Assembly (NCBI RefSeq): GCF_000315625.1
Contig: NW_005434633.1
Span: 392,310-455,201, forward strand
DNA: 62,892 nt
Direction of reading: 5' to 3'
Source of the DNA: Guillardia theta CCMP2712
Lineage: Eukaryota > Protista > Cryptophyta
In this document: positions 1 through 17,254 of the stretch, in pieces
How the letters are laid out: each line of letters starts with the position of its first letter
Numbering within the stretch: position 1 is the first letter of the stretch
Program-made: the position numbers and the translations under genes
The notes under the pieces: model-generated
Database searches by the model: none
Seen by the model: only the letters and a program-made list of their open reading frames with translations
Told to the model about the DNA's origin: nothing

Positions 1-2259
1 CACTCGTCGGCTCCAGTCGGAAAGTCGCAGCATGCAGCCAGGAGGCTCTAGAGGTGGTCAGGGTGATCAGTAGCAGCGAGCCGCCGGTCACTCGCTCGAT
101 CGTGCCGAGCTCGCTGGCAGACATCGCAAGTCTGGCGGGAGGGTACGATGTGGTCGAGCATGCTCTTGGGACGCTGCTAGTTTCTCATGCCGTTGGTCGC
201 AGGTCCTGATCGGGGAGGTTCACGACGACCCCACGGCGCATGAGCTTGAGCTGGGGATCCTGCAAGAGTGCTTCCAGCGAATGAGGGCCAGTAGGAGCCT
301 GCACCTGTCACTGGAGATGTTTGAGACGGACGTCCAGGTGAGGAATGTTGTTGAGGCAGAGTAGGAGCGAGTGGTTGGGTGGGTGGGCGAGTGAGTGAGA
401 GCATGCGCAGAGGGTGATCGACGAGTACACGAGGGGCATCATCAGCGAGAGAGACATGATGGTAGACGGTAGAGCATGGATGAACTACCCGAGTGACTAC
501 AGGAAGATGGTAAATCTCTTGTCCACTCCTCCTCTACCTCCACCACCATCTCCCTCCTCCTGTCCTCCCTTTCTTCCTCTCTTCCTGTCCTCCCTCAGCT
601 TAATCCTCTCGATCGTGCACTTGCACTTCCTCATACTTATTTCCCTCCTCCTCCTCCTCCTCCTCCTCCTCCTCCTCCTCCCCACCCCCTCTCCTTTTGT
701 TCCTCCTCCTCCTCCTCCTCCTCCTCCTCCTCCTCATCCCAATCGGCTTCAACCCCGCATGCTTTCGTCGACTCCGTCCTGACGTCCCTTGTCCTCCTTT
801 CTTCCCTATCCTCGTGACAGGTGGAGTTTGCCAAAGAGCATGGTATCCCCGTGATTGCTGCTAACGCACCGAGAAGGTTTTACGAGCAATCTGACTTCCT
901 TTCATCCCTCATTCTCGCCTTCAGGTACATCTCAGTGGTTGGCAATCGAGGCATGTCCAGCCTTGACCAACTCTCCTCCTCCTCACGCTCGTTCCTTCCT
1001 CCTCTCCCAGTGCCCCCGGCTTCTGGACCATACCAGCTCAAGTTCACCCAGCAGATGCAGTTGATGCAGCAAGAGGTAGCTGCTGAGGGCAAACGAAACA
1101 GTGAAGGAAAATCTTCCTCCACGTCCTCTCTCTCTCGGCAAGACAAGGGGGCCCAGGGGCAGGCGGCAGGGGAGGAAGGAGCTGCATGCCCGTACATCGG
1201 GTGGAGCGCGGAGCGGAGCCGATTCATGCTGGAAGCTCAGGTTCAAATGCAAACTCCTGCTCCTGCTCTTGCTCCTGCCCCTGATGCCTGCTCCTGCTCC
1301 TGCTCCTGCTCCTGCTGCTCCTACTCCTCATGCCGTGTTGAACTGCCTGAGCAGAACCTTTGGGACGCGACCATGGCACACAGCATCGCGCAGATCTTGA
1401 ATGGGGGGGGCGATCTGAGTGGTGGTGGTGGTGGTGGAGGAGGAGGAGGGGAAAAGCTCACCAGAGGCGGCGTGAAGGATGGGAAGGCTCCCCTTGTGAT
1501 TCATGTCACTGGGAAGTTTCACTGTGAGGAGCGTTTGGGAATTCCCGAACACGTGGGTTTATCTCCCTGGTCTTTCACCTCCTCTCGTTCCTTCTCTATC
1601 ACCCTTAGCAGAAACGTCCTCTCCTCTGGTTTCTCTTTTACTCCCTCCTTCCTCATCCTTCCTGTTTCATTCCCTCCTCCTGCTCCTCCTCCTGCTCCTC
1701 CTACTGCTCCTCCTACTGCTCCTCCTACTGCTCCTCCTCCTGCTCCTCCTCCTGCTCTTCCTCCCCTTCTCACTGACAATTTCCATGGTGGCTGCAGCTG
1801 CACCGATATGCTCCGCATGCCAAGGTCATGGTAGTCGGTGAGACTTAGAGGAATGCTCATCGGCTGGTACGCTGACCTTGCGTGCAGTCTGTGCAGGGGA
1901 GGACGAGCTCAGCTTTATGAATGAGGCGATGGTACGTCAAACTCCTGTCCTGCTTCTCTTCCCCAGCAGCAGCAGCAGCTGCTGCTGCTGCTGCTACTGC
2001 TCCCATCACCATCACCACTTCCTGTTACCTCTGCCCCTGCTCATCCTCTTATCAAAACTCACTCTCGCTTCACTTCTCGTTGTCACGCCCCGCTGCTTCT
2101 CCCAGCTATCGATCCAGCTCTCCTCCCCCCTCCCTGTTCCTCTTCAGCTGATCTCACTCTCGTGGGCCCACCTCGGCGCCGCAGGTCTCGCAGCTCGGAG
2201 ACTTCGTGGTGATCTCTAGGAACAAGGAGAGGAGCTTTGAGGGCAAGCATCCCGTGTAG
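1..2259 (+). CDS. ChaN-like (haem-binding uptake/Tiki superfamily) protein, multi-exon, 5' partial
   Basis: Spliced motifs LSLEMFETDVQ, IDEYTRG, WMNYPSDYRKMVEFAKEHGIPVIAANAPRR, QNLWDATMAHSI, VIHVTGKFH and C-terminal LGDFVV; stop at 2257-2259. Confidence 0.8.
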
Positions 2260-2413
2260 CTTCAGTCTTGTCCTACCACCCCTCCAACTTTTTTCCTTCA
2301 TTACTTCGTCATATATACAGCCCTCTCTTCCTCTTCCAACTTCGTTTCCAGTCGGAGTTTCCCTTTCCGCCTTCGTCAAGCGCATGTCTCCTTCCTGTCG
2401 CTGGCTTCATCTC

Positions 2414-4244
2414 CTAGTCTCTGTCCATGTAATCCTGCTTCTCTTGCTCTGCGTGTGTTTCCTGCTCCTGCTCCTCCTCCAACGCCCCTTGCAAGAATCG
2501 AGGGTCCGGCCTTGGGTTCCCCATCCAAGAATCGACCTCTTCCCAATTCCCTGGCTTCGTGAGCCAGCGGAACGTCTGCGGTTTTCTCTTCAGCTTCTCG
2601 TCATAAGTCCAGGCCTGCACATGTCAAAGTCAGACTGGAGCCGCGAACTCAACGCTTCCTTCACACAAGGACGAACAATCCCACTGCTCCTTCCACGTCG
2701 CCCTCCCTCCTCCTCCCTTCTCCCTCTCCTCACGTCCTCCCTCCCCTCCTACTGACCTGATCCCCCGGTGACCACTTGGTGGCAATTCCACGATTTCTCC
2801 TCCCAGGAGGAGCCAGTGGAGCGTACACGCTCACCTGGTACGCGTTCGTCGAGCCCTCAGGCGCAGCGTATGCTTCTCCCTGGTAGATCTCTGGCACTTG
2901 CTGAGCTGCGATAGGCTTGCCTTTGGCGAAAGCTTGACCCCAGTCTCTGTGCCCGAGATCCACTTGTGCTGATCCTGCCTCCTCCTCCTGGCCAGTGCTT
3001 GCAGCGACGGGAGGAGAAACGGCTTGGGGAGGAGGTGCGGGTGCGGGTGCAGGTGCGGGTGCGGGTGCGGGTGCGGGTGCGGGTGCGGGTGCGGGTGCGG
3101 GTGCGGGGGCAGGAGGGAGAAGAGGAGGAGGAGGAGGAGGAGGAGGACGAGGAGGAGGAGGTGGTGGTGGTGGTGGAGGAGCAGCAGCAGCAGCAGGTGA
3201 TGGAGGTGGTGGCGGTGGCGAGACAGGAGGAGGGGGTGGAGGAGTTGGAGGAGACGAGTTGGTGTTGGCGGCAGCATCCGTAGCATTCTGTTCTGCGACT
3301 GCCGTCTGGACTGCATTCTGCACCGCCGATGTCACCGCCGACGCCACCGCATCAGCCAGGCTGCCTGCCAATTCCATCCTCCTCCCCGCTTCCTTCAACC
3401 TCCTCCTTCCCGCCGGAAGTTTCCCCCTTGCACTCAAGGACGGTGCCACTGCTTGCTCTCTCGCCATGTAGCGAGTCTGAAGCCTTCGGAGCGCCTCCTG
3501 CTTCACAATGCTGGTGCCCGCCTGCTGCCGCAGCCTGCTGGACGCCAGAGATTGTCTCCTGCTCTCCTGTTTCGCTTCTGCTGGGGCTGGCAAGGTGAAC
3601 TCGAAAGTATCGCCGGTCGTCATCCCTTGTGGGATCCTCACCATGAAACCTCCTCGCCCTGGCACGTTCACCAGCAGGTCTTGACCTCCATGGTATCCCA
3701 CAGGAACCCGAACCTGGAAAGCCCCAGTCCCAGGTGTAAAACTCTCGTGCTGTTCCTGCTGCTGCTGCATCTGCATCTGCTGTTGCTGCATCTGCATCTG
3801 CTGCTGTTGTTGCTGCTGCATGAAAGTCTGGACAGGAAGGTCGTCACGACCTTGCGCTCCGGTTGGGATCGTCACTCTCAAGTAACCACCCTGCTGGCTA
3901 GCAGGTGCGCGAGCTTCGAAGTAACCCCTACCAGGAACGAGGAACTCGAAGCTTTCCCCAACTCTCAATCCTTGTGGAACTCTTATAAGAAAGGTCTGTC
4001 CAGTAGAGGCTAGGGAGACCCCTCGGCTCCCTGTCAAGTTGAGCCTCCATGACACAAGGGCAAGAGCAAAAGCAAGCGCAAGAAATGGAAGAGAGTGCGC
4101 GAGAAGGCTGCGATATCTGCTTGAACGTTGGGGGACAGCATGTAGTTCGGATCTTGAAAACGCGTTCATCCTTGTCCTCCCTTCCTCAGTCTCTCCTCCC
4201 TCCCCTCCATCTTCCTCCCCCCTTCTCTCCGCCGCGTTCGCCAT
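2414..4244 (-). CDS. Hypothetical membrane-anchored protein with two VRVPxG..G..F repeats and a Pro/Ala-rich linker
   Basis: Long ORF 2730-4280 with one N-terminal hydrophobic helix, plus a 3' exon at 2414-2620. Confidence 0.55.
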
Positions 4245-4655
4245 TACCCCCGATTTAGAAACCGAGATCGATACCCGCATCCCCTATCAAGCACAACCTC
4301 ATCTTGTCCCTCATCCCATCTCATACCCTACTCATCGCCCTCATCGCCAGCCTCATCGCCTGAATTCTAAAAATTCATCACCCTCATTCTTGCGCATGCT
4401 CGCTTGCGCCGTCAGCATGACGACGATGGCGAGGGAAAGAGGAGGAGGGGGGGGCGGGGAGGGAGGAGAGGAATGGATGGTTGAGAGGGAGGACGGAGAG
4501 GGGGACTAGGTGGAGGAGGCAGATGGAGAACAGGAGGAGGAGGAGAACCTGAGTATGAGGGGAGCGAGAATCAGCAAAGGAGGTGGAAGGGCGGGTATAC
4601 GAAGACTATTCTCATTTTTGACGGGACGAGGAGGCAGCTGGACAGGACAGGCGAG

Positions 4656-5087
4656 ATGAGAGCGATGATAGCAGACGTTTTGCCCTGTCCGTTTGCGCCG
4701 GGATGGAACAGCCTGACGATTCTGGCAGGACCAACTGAAGTTGCATGGATGACTTACGAAGAGGATCGAGTCGCAGCCTTTGAGGCCGCCAGTAGGCCGA
4801 GCAAGAGATTGGGCAGCGCTGTGCTGGGAGGGATGGGGGTGGGGGTCCTGGCCTCTGCTCTGGGAGGAGCGGTGTACTCTCTGGTAACTGCGAGTGCCAT
4901 CAAGGGGGTTGGTTTCATGCGCCGATCGTTCCCCTTGCTGGGAGCCGTGGGGATAGCGTTGAACCTGCCGACGATCCAACATGCACTGCAGGACATGAGC
5001 AACGAGACTGTTCAGGAAGTGAGCCAGCAGAGGAGCAGCGAGGAGCGCGGCGTCAGGACCATGGATGCATCCGGTAAGAACGGGTAG
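4656..5087 (+). CDS. Small hypothetical membrane protein
   Basis: ORF with two Gly-rich hydrophobic segments; no family recognised. Confidence 0.4.
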   Translation: MRAMIADVLPCPFAPGWNSLTILAGPTEVAWMTYEEDRVAAFEAASRPSKRLGSAVLGGMGVGVLASALGGAVYSLVTASAIKGVGFMRRSFPLLGAVGIALNLPTIQHALQDMSNETVQEVSQQRSSEERGVRTMDASGKNG

Positions 5088-5218
5088 CTGGACAGGCGGG
5101 GGAGCATGGAGGACGTCGGGACCAGCTGAGGTCACTTCGGGTGGTGGAGGAGGACGGAGTACGAGGACCAGCATGGAGTCGAGATATCCAGCGAGAAATC
5201 AGAGCTGTAGAGGACGAT

Positions 5219-9290
<4,072 letters not shown>

Positions 9291-9498
9291 AGTCAGGAAG
9301 AGCCAAGTGGGTGGGTGAGAGGGTTGGCGGGATGGTTCAAGGAGGGAGGAAGGGGAGGAGGAAGGGAGGGGAGGGGAGGAGGAAGGGAGAGGAAAGGAGG
9401 GGAGCGGAGCGGAGAGGAGCGGAGAAGGTGGAAGAGGGGGAAGGAAAGGAGGGGAGGGAGGGAGGGAGGGGAGGGGAGAGGGGGAAGGAAAGGAGGGG

Positions 9499-9598
9499 NN
9501 NNNNNNNNNNNNNNNNNNNNNNNNNNNNNNNNNNNNNNNNNNNNNNNNNNNNNNNNNNNNNNNNNNNNNNNNNNNNNNNNNNNNNNNNNNNNNNNNNN
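9499..9598. other. Assembly gap (100 N)
   Basis: Run of N. Confidence 1.
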
Positions 9599-9957
9599 CC
9601 TGCTGATGCCTATGGGAAATAGGCTTGGGGGGGAGGGAGAACGAGCTAGCAGGAGAAGAAGAGAGGAGGCGGAGAGGTTGGGGAGAGGAGAGGAGAGGAG
9701 AGGAGAGGAAGGGAGAGGAGAGGAGAGGAAGAATATGATGAGCGGAGTAAACGTTAATTATTTTATCAGCATATGAACAAGGTTTCTCTAAAAATGAACA
9801 TCTCACGTCCTCCCGCCTACTCCCTTCCCCTTCCTCCTACCTCACACCTCTTCCTGCCCTCCCATCTCTCTCCCCTCCCCCTCCCTCCACTCCATCCAGT
9901 CTCATCCCGCTTCTCTCCTTCGCCTCTCCCTCCCCCCCCCCATTCCCCTTGCCGCTA

Positions 9958-11073
9958 TCACTTCTTGGTTGGATGCATCTGATAAGCATGCAAGTACTCG
10001 TTCAGCGGCTGGTTGTACACCTCCATTCCCAGCTGTCTCAGGGCCCACCTGCAACATGCATGAGGAGAAGAACGTTGCGCATGCAGCGCCGACAGGATGT
10101 CCTCTGCACGGATCGCCCTCCTGCTCTCATGTCAGGGAGACGCGATGTGGCATGATATGGCAAGTCTAGACAAGAGAAGGCAAGGCAAGACGAGATGAGA
10201 GGAGAGAGGAGGGGGGAGGGAGGAGAGAGGAGAGAGGAGAAAGGACAGGAGAGGGGAGAGGAGATGGGAAGAGAGGAGAGGAGAGGAGAGGAGAGGAGAG
10301 GAGAGGAGAGGAGGGACGAAGAGAGGAGAGGAGGAGAGAGGAGAGAGGAGGAGAGGAGGAGGAGGAGGGACGAGAGGAGGCGGGACCCCATCAGCGTTCG
10401 ACCTGTTCTCATCCAGGGAGTGTTGCGTTGCTTCCCCGACTACAACCATGACCTGAAGAGTAGCTCTCAACGGAGCTCGCAGGAGGGCAGCAGCGGCAGG
10501 TACCATTTCAGAGAGGAAGACCTGCCAAGACGGAGAGTCAGCATGGCTTGAAAGCCTCGGGGCATGAGGAGTGAAGATGAGGGGGGAGGTGTGATAAATG
10601 CCTGTTGAGGATGCGCAAAGTTGATACGGGATGAACCAATTGTGATGAAAAGTTGTTCACATGATGATGTAGATAATGCTCATTGTTCAAGGACATGATC
10701 AGTACTCAGTGATGGAAGATGAAGCACCACGAAAGCCACACGAGCAACGAGGAAAGACAACAGGAGTGAAAAGATACCAACACAACATGGTTCCCTTCCC
10801 TCACCTGGACAGCCTCAATAGTCTCTCTGGCAACGACCGTGTCGCTGTGCAGCGCTTTCTTCATAACCTTCACGCAGTCATGTCAGCCAGGAGCAACCAT
10901 GGCGCCTCAACAACCCTCGCGATGTTGGAGACTGGCAGGAATGTGTCCTCTGCTTCTTCTGCATTGTCCCTCCGTCTCTTCTTCTCCTTCTTCTCTGTAG
11001 CGTTCGCCTGTTCTGCACCTGCCATGGCATCTGTTAGGACAACGACCATCGTGCAACTCTGGTTGTCACCCAT
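9958..11073 (-). CDS. NF-YB/CBF-A-like histone-fold protein
   Basis: Spliced EDTFLPVSNIARVMKKAL..VARETIEAVQVFLSEMVMVVVGEATQHSLDENRRAIRAEDILWALRQLGMEVYNQPLNEYLHAY matches the NF-YB histone fold. Confidence 0.85.
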
Positions 11074-11198
11074 GTTGGAGGCGGTCCCCTCCTCTAGCTC
11101 CCCTCCTCTGCATCAGCGGTGAGATAGTATACGTAAAAATGTCTTCACGTGTCTTAACGATCCTTGCTCCTCGCTCTTATCGCTTCCTCCCCTTCCTC

Positions 11199-11345
11199 CT
11201 CCCTGCTCCCTGCTCCCTGCTCCCTACTCCCTGCTCCCTGCTCCCTGCTCCCTTCTACCTGCTCCCTGCTCCCTGCTCCCTGCTCCCTGCTCCCTGCTCC
11301 CTGCTCCCTTCTACCTCCTCCCTGCTCCCTGCTCCCTGCTCCCTT
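11199..11345 (+). repeat. (CTCCCTG)n 7-bp tandem repeat
   Basis: Seen directly. Confidence 0.9.
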
Positions 11346-11736
11346 CTACCTCCTCCCTCCTCCCCCGTCCCTCTTCTCTCCTCTCTCCTCCTCTCTCTCC
11401 ATATCCCTCCCTCATGGTTCTCCGACCTTCGTGTCTGTCTTTTTGCTACCTCACCCATGTCTTCTCGTCCCCCCCCCCCCCCCCACCCTCCCACTCCTCC
11501 TGCCTCATGATGCGCATTTTTCGTTCTTACCCTGGATTGTGCGCCATACGGTCTACCAGCTTTTGTGGTTACCTCCTGTTTGTGGGGGTGAAGCGATTCC
11601 ACGGAAGAGCAGGAGGGAGGGAGGGAGGGAGGGAGGGAGGGAAGGAGGGAGGGAGGGAGGGAGGGAGGGGGTTTGTTAGAGCACGAGGAGGAGGAGGAGC
11701 TCATGTATCATAAGTCAGTGTCTGATGGTACTGTAG

Positions 11737-12476
11737 ATGCCGGAAGAGAACGTCGTCGTGCTTCAAACCGTCGAAGAGTACGAGGAGGAGCATGGAGTGA
11801 GTCTTCGGGGGAAGAAGATTCGGAGCAAGGTGAAGAAGACGGAGAAGGAGAAGAAGAAGATGTTTCTTGAGAGACTGGATGACCGACGAGCAAAGCGAGG
11901 TATTAACACGATCTCCCGAGCTGAGGTAGCGAGACACAACAAACAGCATGACGGATACATTATTATCGATGGAGTAGTCTACGATGTTACCAATTTCCTC
12001 GATCACCATCCCGGCGGTCCGAATATTCTCATGGAGCATATTGGGAAAGACGCTACAGTCAAGTTCGAAGGTATGTTGTTGGTTCATGCAGAGGTTGCGA
12101 TGACGTTGTTGGTAGACATCGGACATTCTCTGCTCGCTAGGTATCAGCTTGCCGACTTGTATGTCGGGGAGCTGCCGATGATTGAGAAAGTTCCTTATGA
12201 AAGCTCTGATGAGGAGGAGGAGATCCAACAGAGGTTGCTCCTTCCCTCCCTCTCGTTCCTTCCTCACTCGTTTTCTCCTCGTGCTCCAGCGAGGCGGATA
12301 GTGATTCGAGTGACGAGGTCAGTTGCAACAAACCCTCTCCTCTAGAGCACACCTCTCAACTCCACAGCAAACCCTCTCCTCTCCTCCTTGTCGCTGGCTG
12401 TCAGCTGTGACATGATCGTCGATGTTGTCTTGATCAGGAGAGCTCGACGTCGAAACGTCGCCAGCAGGGAGATAAG
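11737..12476 (+). CDS. Cytochrome b5-like haem-binding domain protein (5' exons uncertain)
   Basis: EVARHNKQHDGYIIIDGVVYDVTNFLDHHPGG...GKDATVKFE, then DIGHS in the next exon. Confidence 0.85.
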
Positions 12477-13051
12477 CAGCTCAAGGCAACTCAGGCCAAC
12501 TCAAACTCACTGCGGGTTCTGTTTGAGATGTTCAGAGATGTGCCGTTGTTGACGCGTACGACCAGACAAGGTTGAACAGAAGACCGAACAGATATGACAA
12601 GAAGATCTCGCAAGGAGGTCGCCGACTCGAACACTCTGCTGTAGTTTCAAGTGACTGTCAAGACAGGCGGGAAGAATCAGGGAGGAGGAGTGAGGGAAAC
12701 GAGCGCGGACGATTCTGACGAAGTGAAGGATCAGAACGATGGGGGGAGGTGAGGGGGAGGGGGAGGGGGAGACGGGCGGGTGAAGTTGTGTGCAGAGTGA
12801 ATGTATGGAACTACATGCTACACTTGGAGTTTGTCAAGGTGAGGGAGGAAATTAGACTCGCGGTGCTGTGGAGGTGACAGGCTGGCAGCTGCTGCTGCAA
12901 GCTGCGTGGGGGGAGATGAAGAAGAGGAGATCGCAGGTCAGAGCTTGTTCGTGATCGACCGAGCTGCAAGCAATTTCATCATCTTCCCGTGAAAAATTTC
13001 ACCTTCCCCAAGAAATTTTCATTTTCCTCTCGTTGAAAAGACTCAACTTGA

Positions 13052-14246
13052 ATGGACGATTCAGATCTCTCCCACTTGCGATTCCGTTTGAGAGAAAATG
13101 ATGAGGAGGCATGGGAGGAGATGAATTCTTTCCTTCCTGATGTACTTGTAGTGATACTGAAACTTTCTCTTCCTCGTCCTCTGCGTTTGCAGGTCTTCAC
13201 TGTTTTGGCTCTTTTGGTCCTGGCTGTTGTCCTGGCGATGGTGCCTGTCCCTCATTTCTCTCAGCTCCCTCCTGAAGGTGAAGATTTTGACTGACACGGA
13301 AAGAGGAAGGAGATGAGGAGAAGGAGGGAGTGAGGGAGAAGGAGGAGGGAGGGAGGGAGGGAGGGGAAGGGGAGAAGAAGGGAGAGGCGGACAGAGGGAC
13401 GGATGGCGGGATAGGGAGGGAAGGGGGGAGTGGAAAAATCAGCGAGAGGAGGAGGAGAAGGGAAGGTAGAGCAGGAGAGCAGGACACGGGAGTAGAGAGA
13501 GAGGTTTCAAGGAAGGAAGGAGGGGTTGACGAGGAAGGAAGGAGGGGTTGACGAGGAGGAAGGAAGGAGGGGTTGACGAGGAGGGAGGAAGGGAGGGGAG
13601 GGGAGGGGAGGGGAGGGGAGGGGAGGGTGGGTGGGTGGGTGGGTGGATGTTTGTTTTCATCGAGAAGAGATCGGAGTGGAGAAGGCTTTTGAAATAACCT
13701 GCAGACCCATCTTCCATACCTTGGCTCCCTACGGAGAAACTGCATACAGAAATCCTGACGAAGAAATCGGTAGGATGTTTGTCCGTTGGAAAACATCAAC
13801 ATGCGTTTGTATTTTGCTCTTCCTATTTCCCCTTTCTGTCCCCTGCCTTCCCTTTCCTTCCTCGTGATCTTCTCCTCTCCTCTCCTCTCCTCTCCTCTCC
13901 TCTCCTCTCCTCTCCTCTCCTCTCCTCTCCTCTCCTCTATCCATTCCTTCCCTTCCTCCTTCCCTCCTTGTCCTCCTCCTCTCCCCTCCATTCATCCTCC
14001 TCTCCCCCCCCCCTCCTCCTTTTCCTACAGTTCTCAGTTCTCGTTTTGCCTTTCATGTTTATTTCTCTTCACAACTCTTCATCCTCTCACTTGTCCTGCA
14101 GCCGCACCACGGCAGTGAGAAAACTCCGGAAGGGCATGACGCGCAATCGTTTCTTTATTTCTGATTGCAGCGCAATGACGGAGCCGATGACAGACGAGAT
14201 CTTGTACAAAGTGGGTGAGGGTGCAAACAAGAAACGAAAGTTGTAG
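13052..14246 (+). CDS. Hypothetical multi-exon protein
   Basis: Non-repetitive exons (13052-13280, ~13665-13770, 14102-14246) bounded by GT/AG and separated by simple-repeat introns. Confidence 0.4.
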
Positions 14247-14323
14247 ATCGAAGTGACTGCTTGCTCTTGCTGTTTTCCTTCTCCGTTCAGCAACAACCTC
14301 CTTCTCCTCCTCCTCCTCTCCCT

Positions 14324-14423
14324 NNNNNNNNNNNNNNNNNNNNNNNNNNNNNNNNNNNNNNNNNNNNNNNNNNNNNNNNNNNNNNNNNNNNNNNNNNNNN
14401 NNNNNNNNNNNNNNNNNNNNNNN
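14324..14423. other. Assembly gap (100 N)
   Basis: Run of N. Confidence 1.
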
Positions 14424-16171
14424 AGGAGAGGGCCCTACGTCTCTCTCCTCCTCATCGAAGACCTCGCAGTTGTCCTCCCTCCTAATACACTGGACTGACT
14501 GGTCCACCCGCACCGCTACGACTGCCTTGCATCTCGCCGTCTTCCTCTCCTTAGAGAAGTAGTCCCCCGCGGCCCCTGACCTCCACCTCCTGATTCTCTC
14601 TGTCGTCGGCTCGATGTCGTAGTTGTACACTTGGTACTCCACCACGGTGAAGGCAGGACGGTACTCCGGCAGGCTCCTCCTGATCATGAGGTCCACTGAC
14701 GCCTCCGCCCCTTCGAACGTGTAGCCCTTCCTCTCGAGCTCCTTCACTGACTTGAGGATCTCTCCGCTCCTCTGCTTCCAATCCTCATCCTTGCCCTGCC
14801 TCTCTCCGCTCTTCAGCGCTCCTCCCTGCTGCCCGAGCATCCCGAACTCCTCAACCTTGCTCATGATATTCCCCCTCCCCGACAGCTCACTGATCAGCAC
14901 CCTCCTCTGGTTCCCGACCAGCGTCGGGTCGATGTGTTGGTATGAGTCTTCGTTCTTCAGCACAGCGGCAACGTGGATGCCTCCCTTGTGGGCGAAGGCC
15001 GAGTTCCCGACGAAGGGCTGGTTCGATCGGTGAGGAAGATTCATCTGCTCGTTCACGGTCCTCGACAGCCTCGTCAGCGTCCTCAGCGCCTGTCCCTCGA
15101 CCAGCTCCAGCTTCATTTTCAGCTGCAGCACAGGGATCACCGTAGTGAGGTCCGTTGTCCCATCCAGCCCGTTCACCGTGCCTGTCACCAGCTCCATCCC
15201 CTCCTTGGCCGCGTACAGGGCGCTTGCTGCCGCGAGCTCCAAGTTGTCACTGCAAGAGACTCCCAGCCACGTCCCGTGCTCCTGCGTTCGCTTCCTCTGA
15301 AGCATCTCCTTTGCCATGGCCGAGATCTCCCATGGCGTTCCGATCCCTCCGCTGTCCACCACCACCAGGGCATCGGCTCCTGCCTCCTGCAGCGTCGACA
15401 TGATCTCTAGCAAAGCGCTGCTGTCTTGCCTCCAGGCATCGAACCCGTTGTGAAGGTGCACGAAGGTCTTGAGTTTGCCTTCAGCCGTCCTCTCCCACTC
15501 CTTTATGATCTTGATCTGACCAACAAGGCGGGCGAGGCAACCCTTGCTGACCCACTCCCCGTCAGCTCCCAGAACTGTAAACGCCAGCCCGAAATTCCGG
15601 ACGTTGAGAGCTAACGAGTCTCTTGCTCGCTCGCGATCCTCCTCCTCCCTCCCTCCCTCTGCGAACGGCAGCATGGCAACAAGCTTGTGGAAGCATGAAG
15701 GCGACAGCTCTTGCCTCGCACGCTTGAAAAACGCCTCGTCCACCGTGTCCACCGACGGCCATCCGCCTTCGATGAAGTGCATGCCGAAGGTGCTGAGCAT
15801 GTCAGCGAGTTTCAGTTTGTCTTCCGTGTTCCTGCACGCCATGAAAGAATGCATCAGTGCTCGATCATACATCAACAGCATGCGCACCACTCAGCGTTTC
15901 GTTGCGAAAGCGTCGAGTCGTAGAGGAAGACGTCGCGTTTTGCTGACATGCTTGTTGCAAGTCCTTTCCTTGCATGCTGTCGAATCTTGATAGGATCGGA
16001 AACTTGCAACCTTGTTCTCGGCCATGCCAGCACGCCCCTGCTCGACTGCATGTGACGAACATGAAGCATGTTCGACCTGTATGGACAGAGAATCTGAGGA
16101 CACCATCCGTAAACCGGAGCCAGGCACATGACAAGAAGGGAAAACTGCTGCATGGCGCGTTTTGGGGCCAT
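14424..16171 (-). CDS. Citramalate synthase (CimA)/isopropylmalate synthase family protein with a degenerate active site; probably plastid-targeted; 3' end lost in the gap
   Basis: EDKL..IEGGWP, PFVGNSAFAHKGGIHV, YQHIDPTLVGNQRRVLISELSG, GYTFEGAEAS; N-terminal signal peptide plus transit-like segment; intron ~15834-15889. Confidence 0.85.
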
Positions 16172-16616
16172 GTTCGATGCACCTGACCCTCAATCTCTCC
16201 TTCCCTTCCTCGCTCCTCTTTGACACAGCCCCGCCCCTGTCCTCTTGCAAGCTCTTCGGGGACAATTCGGTCAGCCGCGCCGAACACCTGTTCTGCAGGA
16301 TCAGGAAAAAATGTCCATCGATGTCTTCATGACGACATCCTTTTCTCTGTCGTCCCCCCCCCGCCCCCGCCCCCTTTTTTCCTGATCCTGCCTCCCTCAA
16401 AATAACCTTTCCTCCCCTCTGTTTCCTTTTGCGGTTCCTTTCTCCTTCCCTGTATCCATCAGACGATTTTCTACATCCTCACTAGAGCACGCGACATCTG
16501 ACCATTGAGAAATTCAAATTTCTCCTCTCCTCCTTAATCATTGACACTGGTGTGACTTCAAGTCTTCGTGTTCATCGCTCCAGCTTCTGCCCCGCCCCTC
16601 CTAAACCCTAAACCCT

Positions 16617-16784
16617 TCTGCTCCTGCCCCTGCCCCTGCCCCTGCCCCTGCCCCTGCCCCTGCCCCTGCCCCTGCCCCTGCCCCTGCCCCTGCCCCTGCC
16701 CCTGCCCCTGCCCCTGCCCCTGCCCCTGCTCCTGCTCCTGCCCCTGCTCCTGCTCCTGCCCCTGCCCCTGCTCCTGCTCCTGCC

Positions 16785-16829
<45 letters not shown>

Positions 16830-16830
16830 C
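16617..16830 (+). repeat. (CCCCTG)n/(CTCCTG)n hexamer array
   Basis: Seen directly. Confidence 0.95.
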
Positions 16831-17254
16831 CCCAATTCCGCATGCGGCGTATTGACCAGATGATTTCCCCGCTTATTCAATTCCAACATAGAATAAAATT
16901 ACACAGAACATTTTGAAATTATGATATATGACTCATTCTGATTTGAAATTTCCATGGACGCTCATGCACTGCAAGAGACGCAACGTGGGAACGTGTGGAT
17001 TGAGAGAGGAGGAGGAGGAGGAGGAGGAGGAGGAGGAGGAGGAGGAGGAGGAGGAGGAGGACAAAGGGTCTGAGATCAGGGAGGGATGGAGGAGAGTGCA
17101 TGCGAAGATGGGAGAGACTAAGATGATTTGAGGATGAATCCTTGCAGTCATGGAACCGGTGCTCCTCCTCTACCATTGCGGATCACAACTGCATTGCCAT
17201 CAACCAAGCTGCATGCGTCGTTCTGTTGATGCCGTAGCCTCGTGAACCTGCGCC

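Noticed and set aside
16601-16616. Telomere-like CTAAACCCTAAACCCT
   Set aside because: Only about two units; not evidence of a chromosome end
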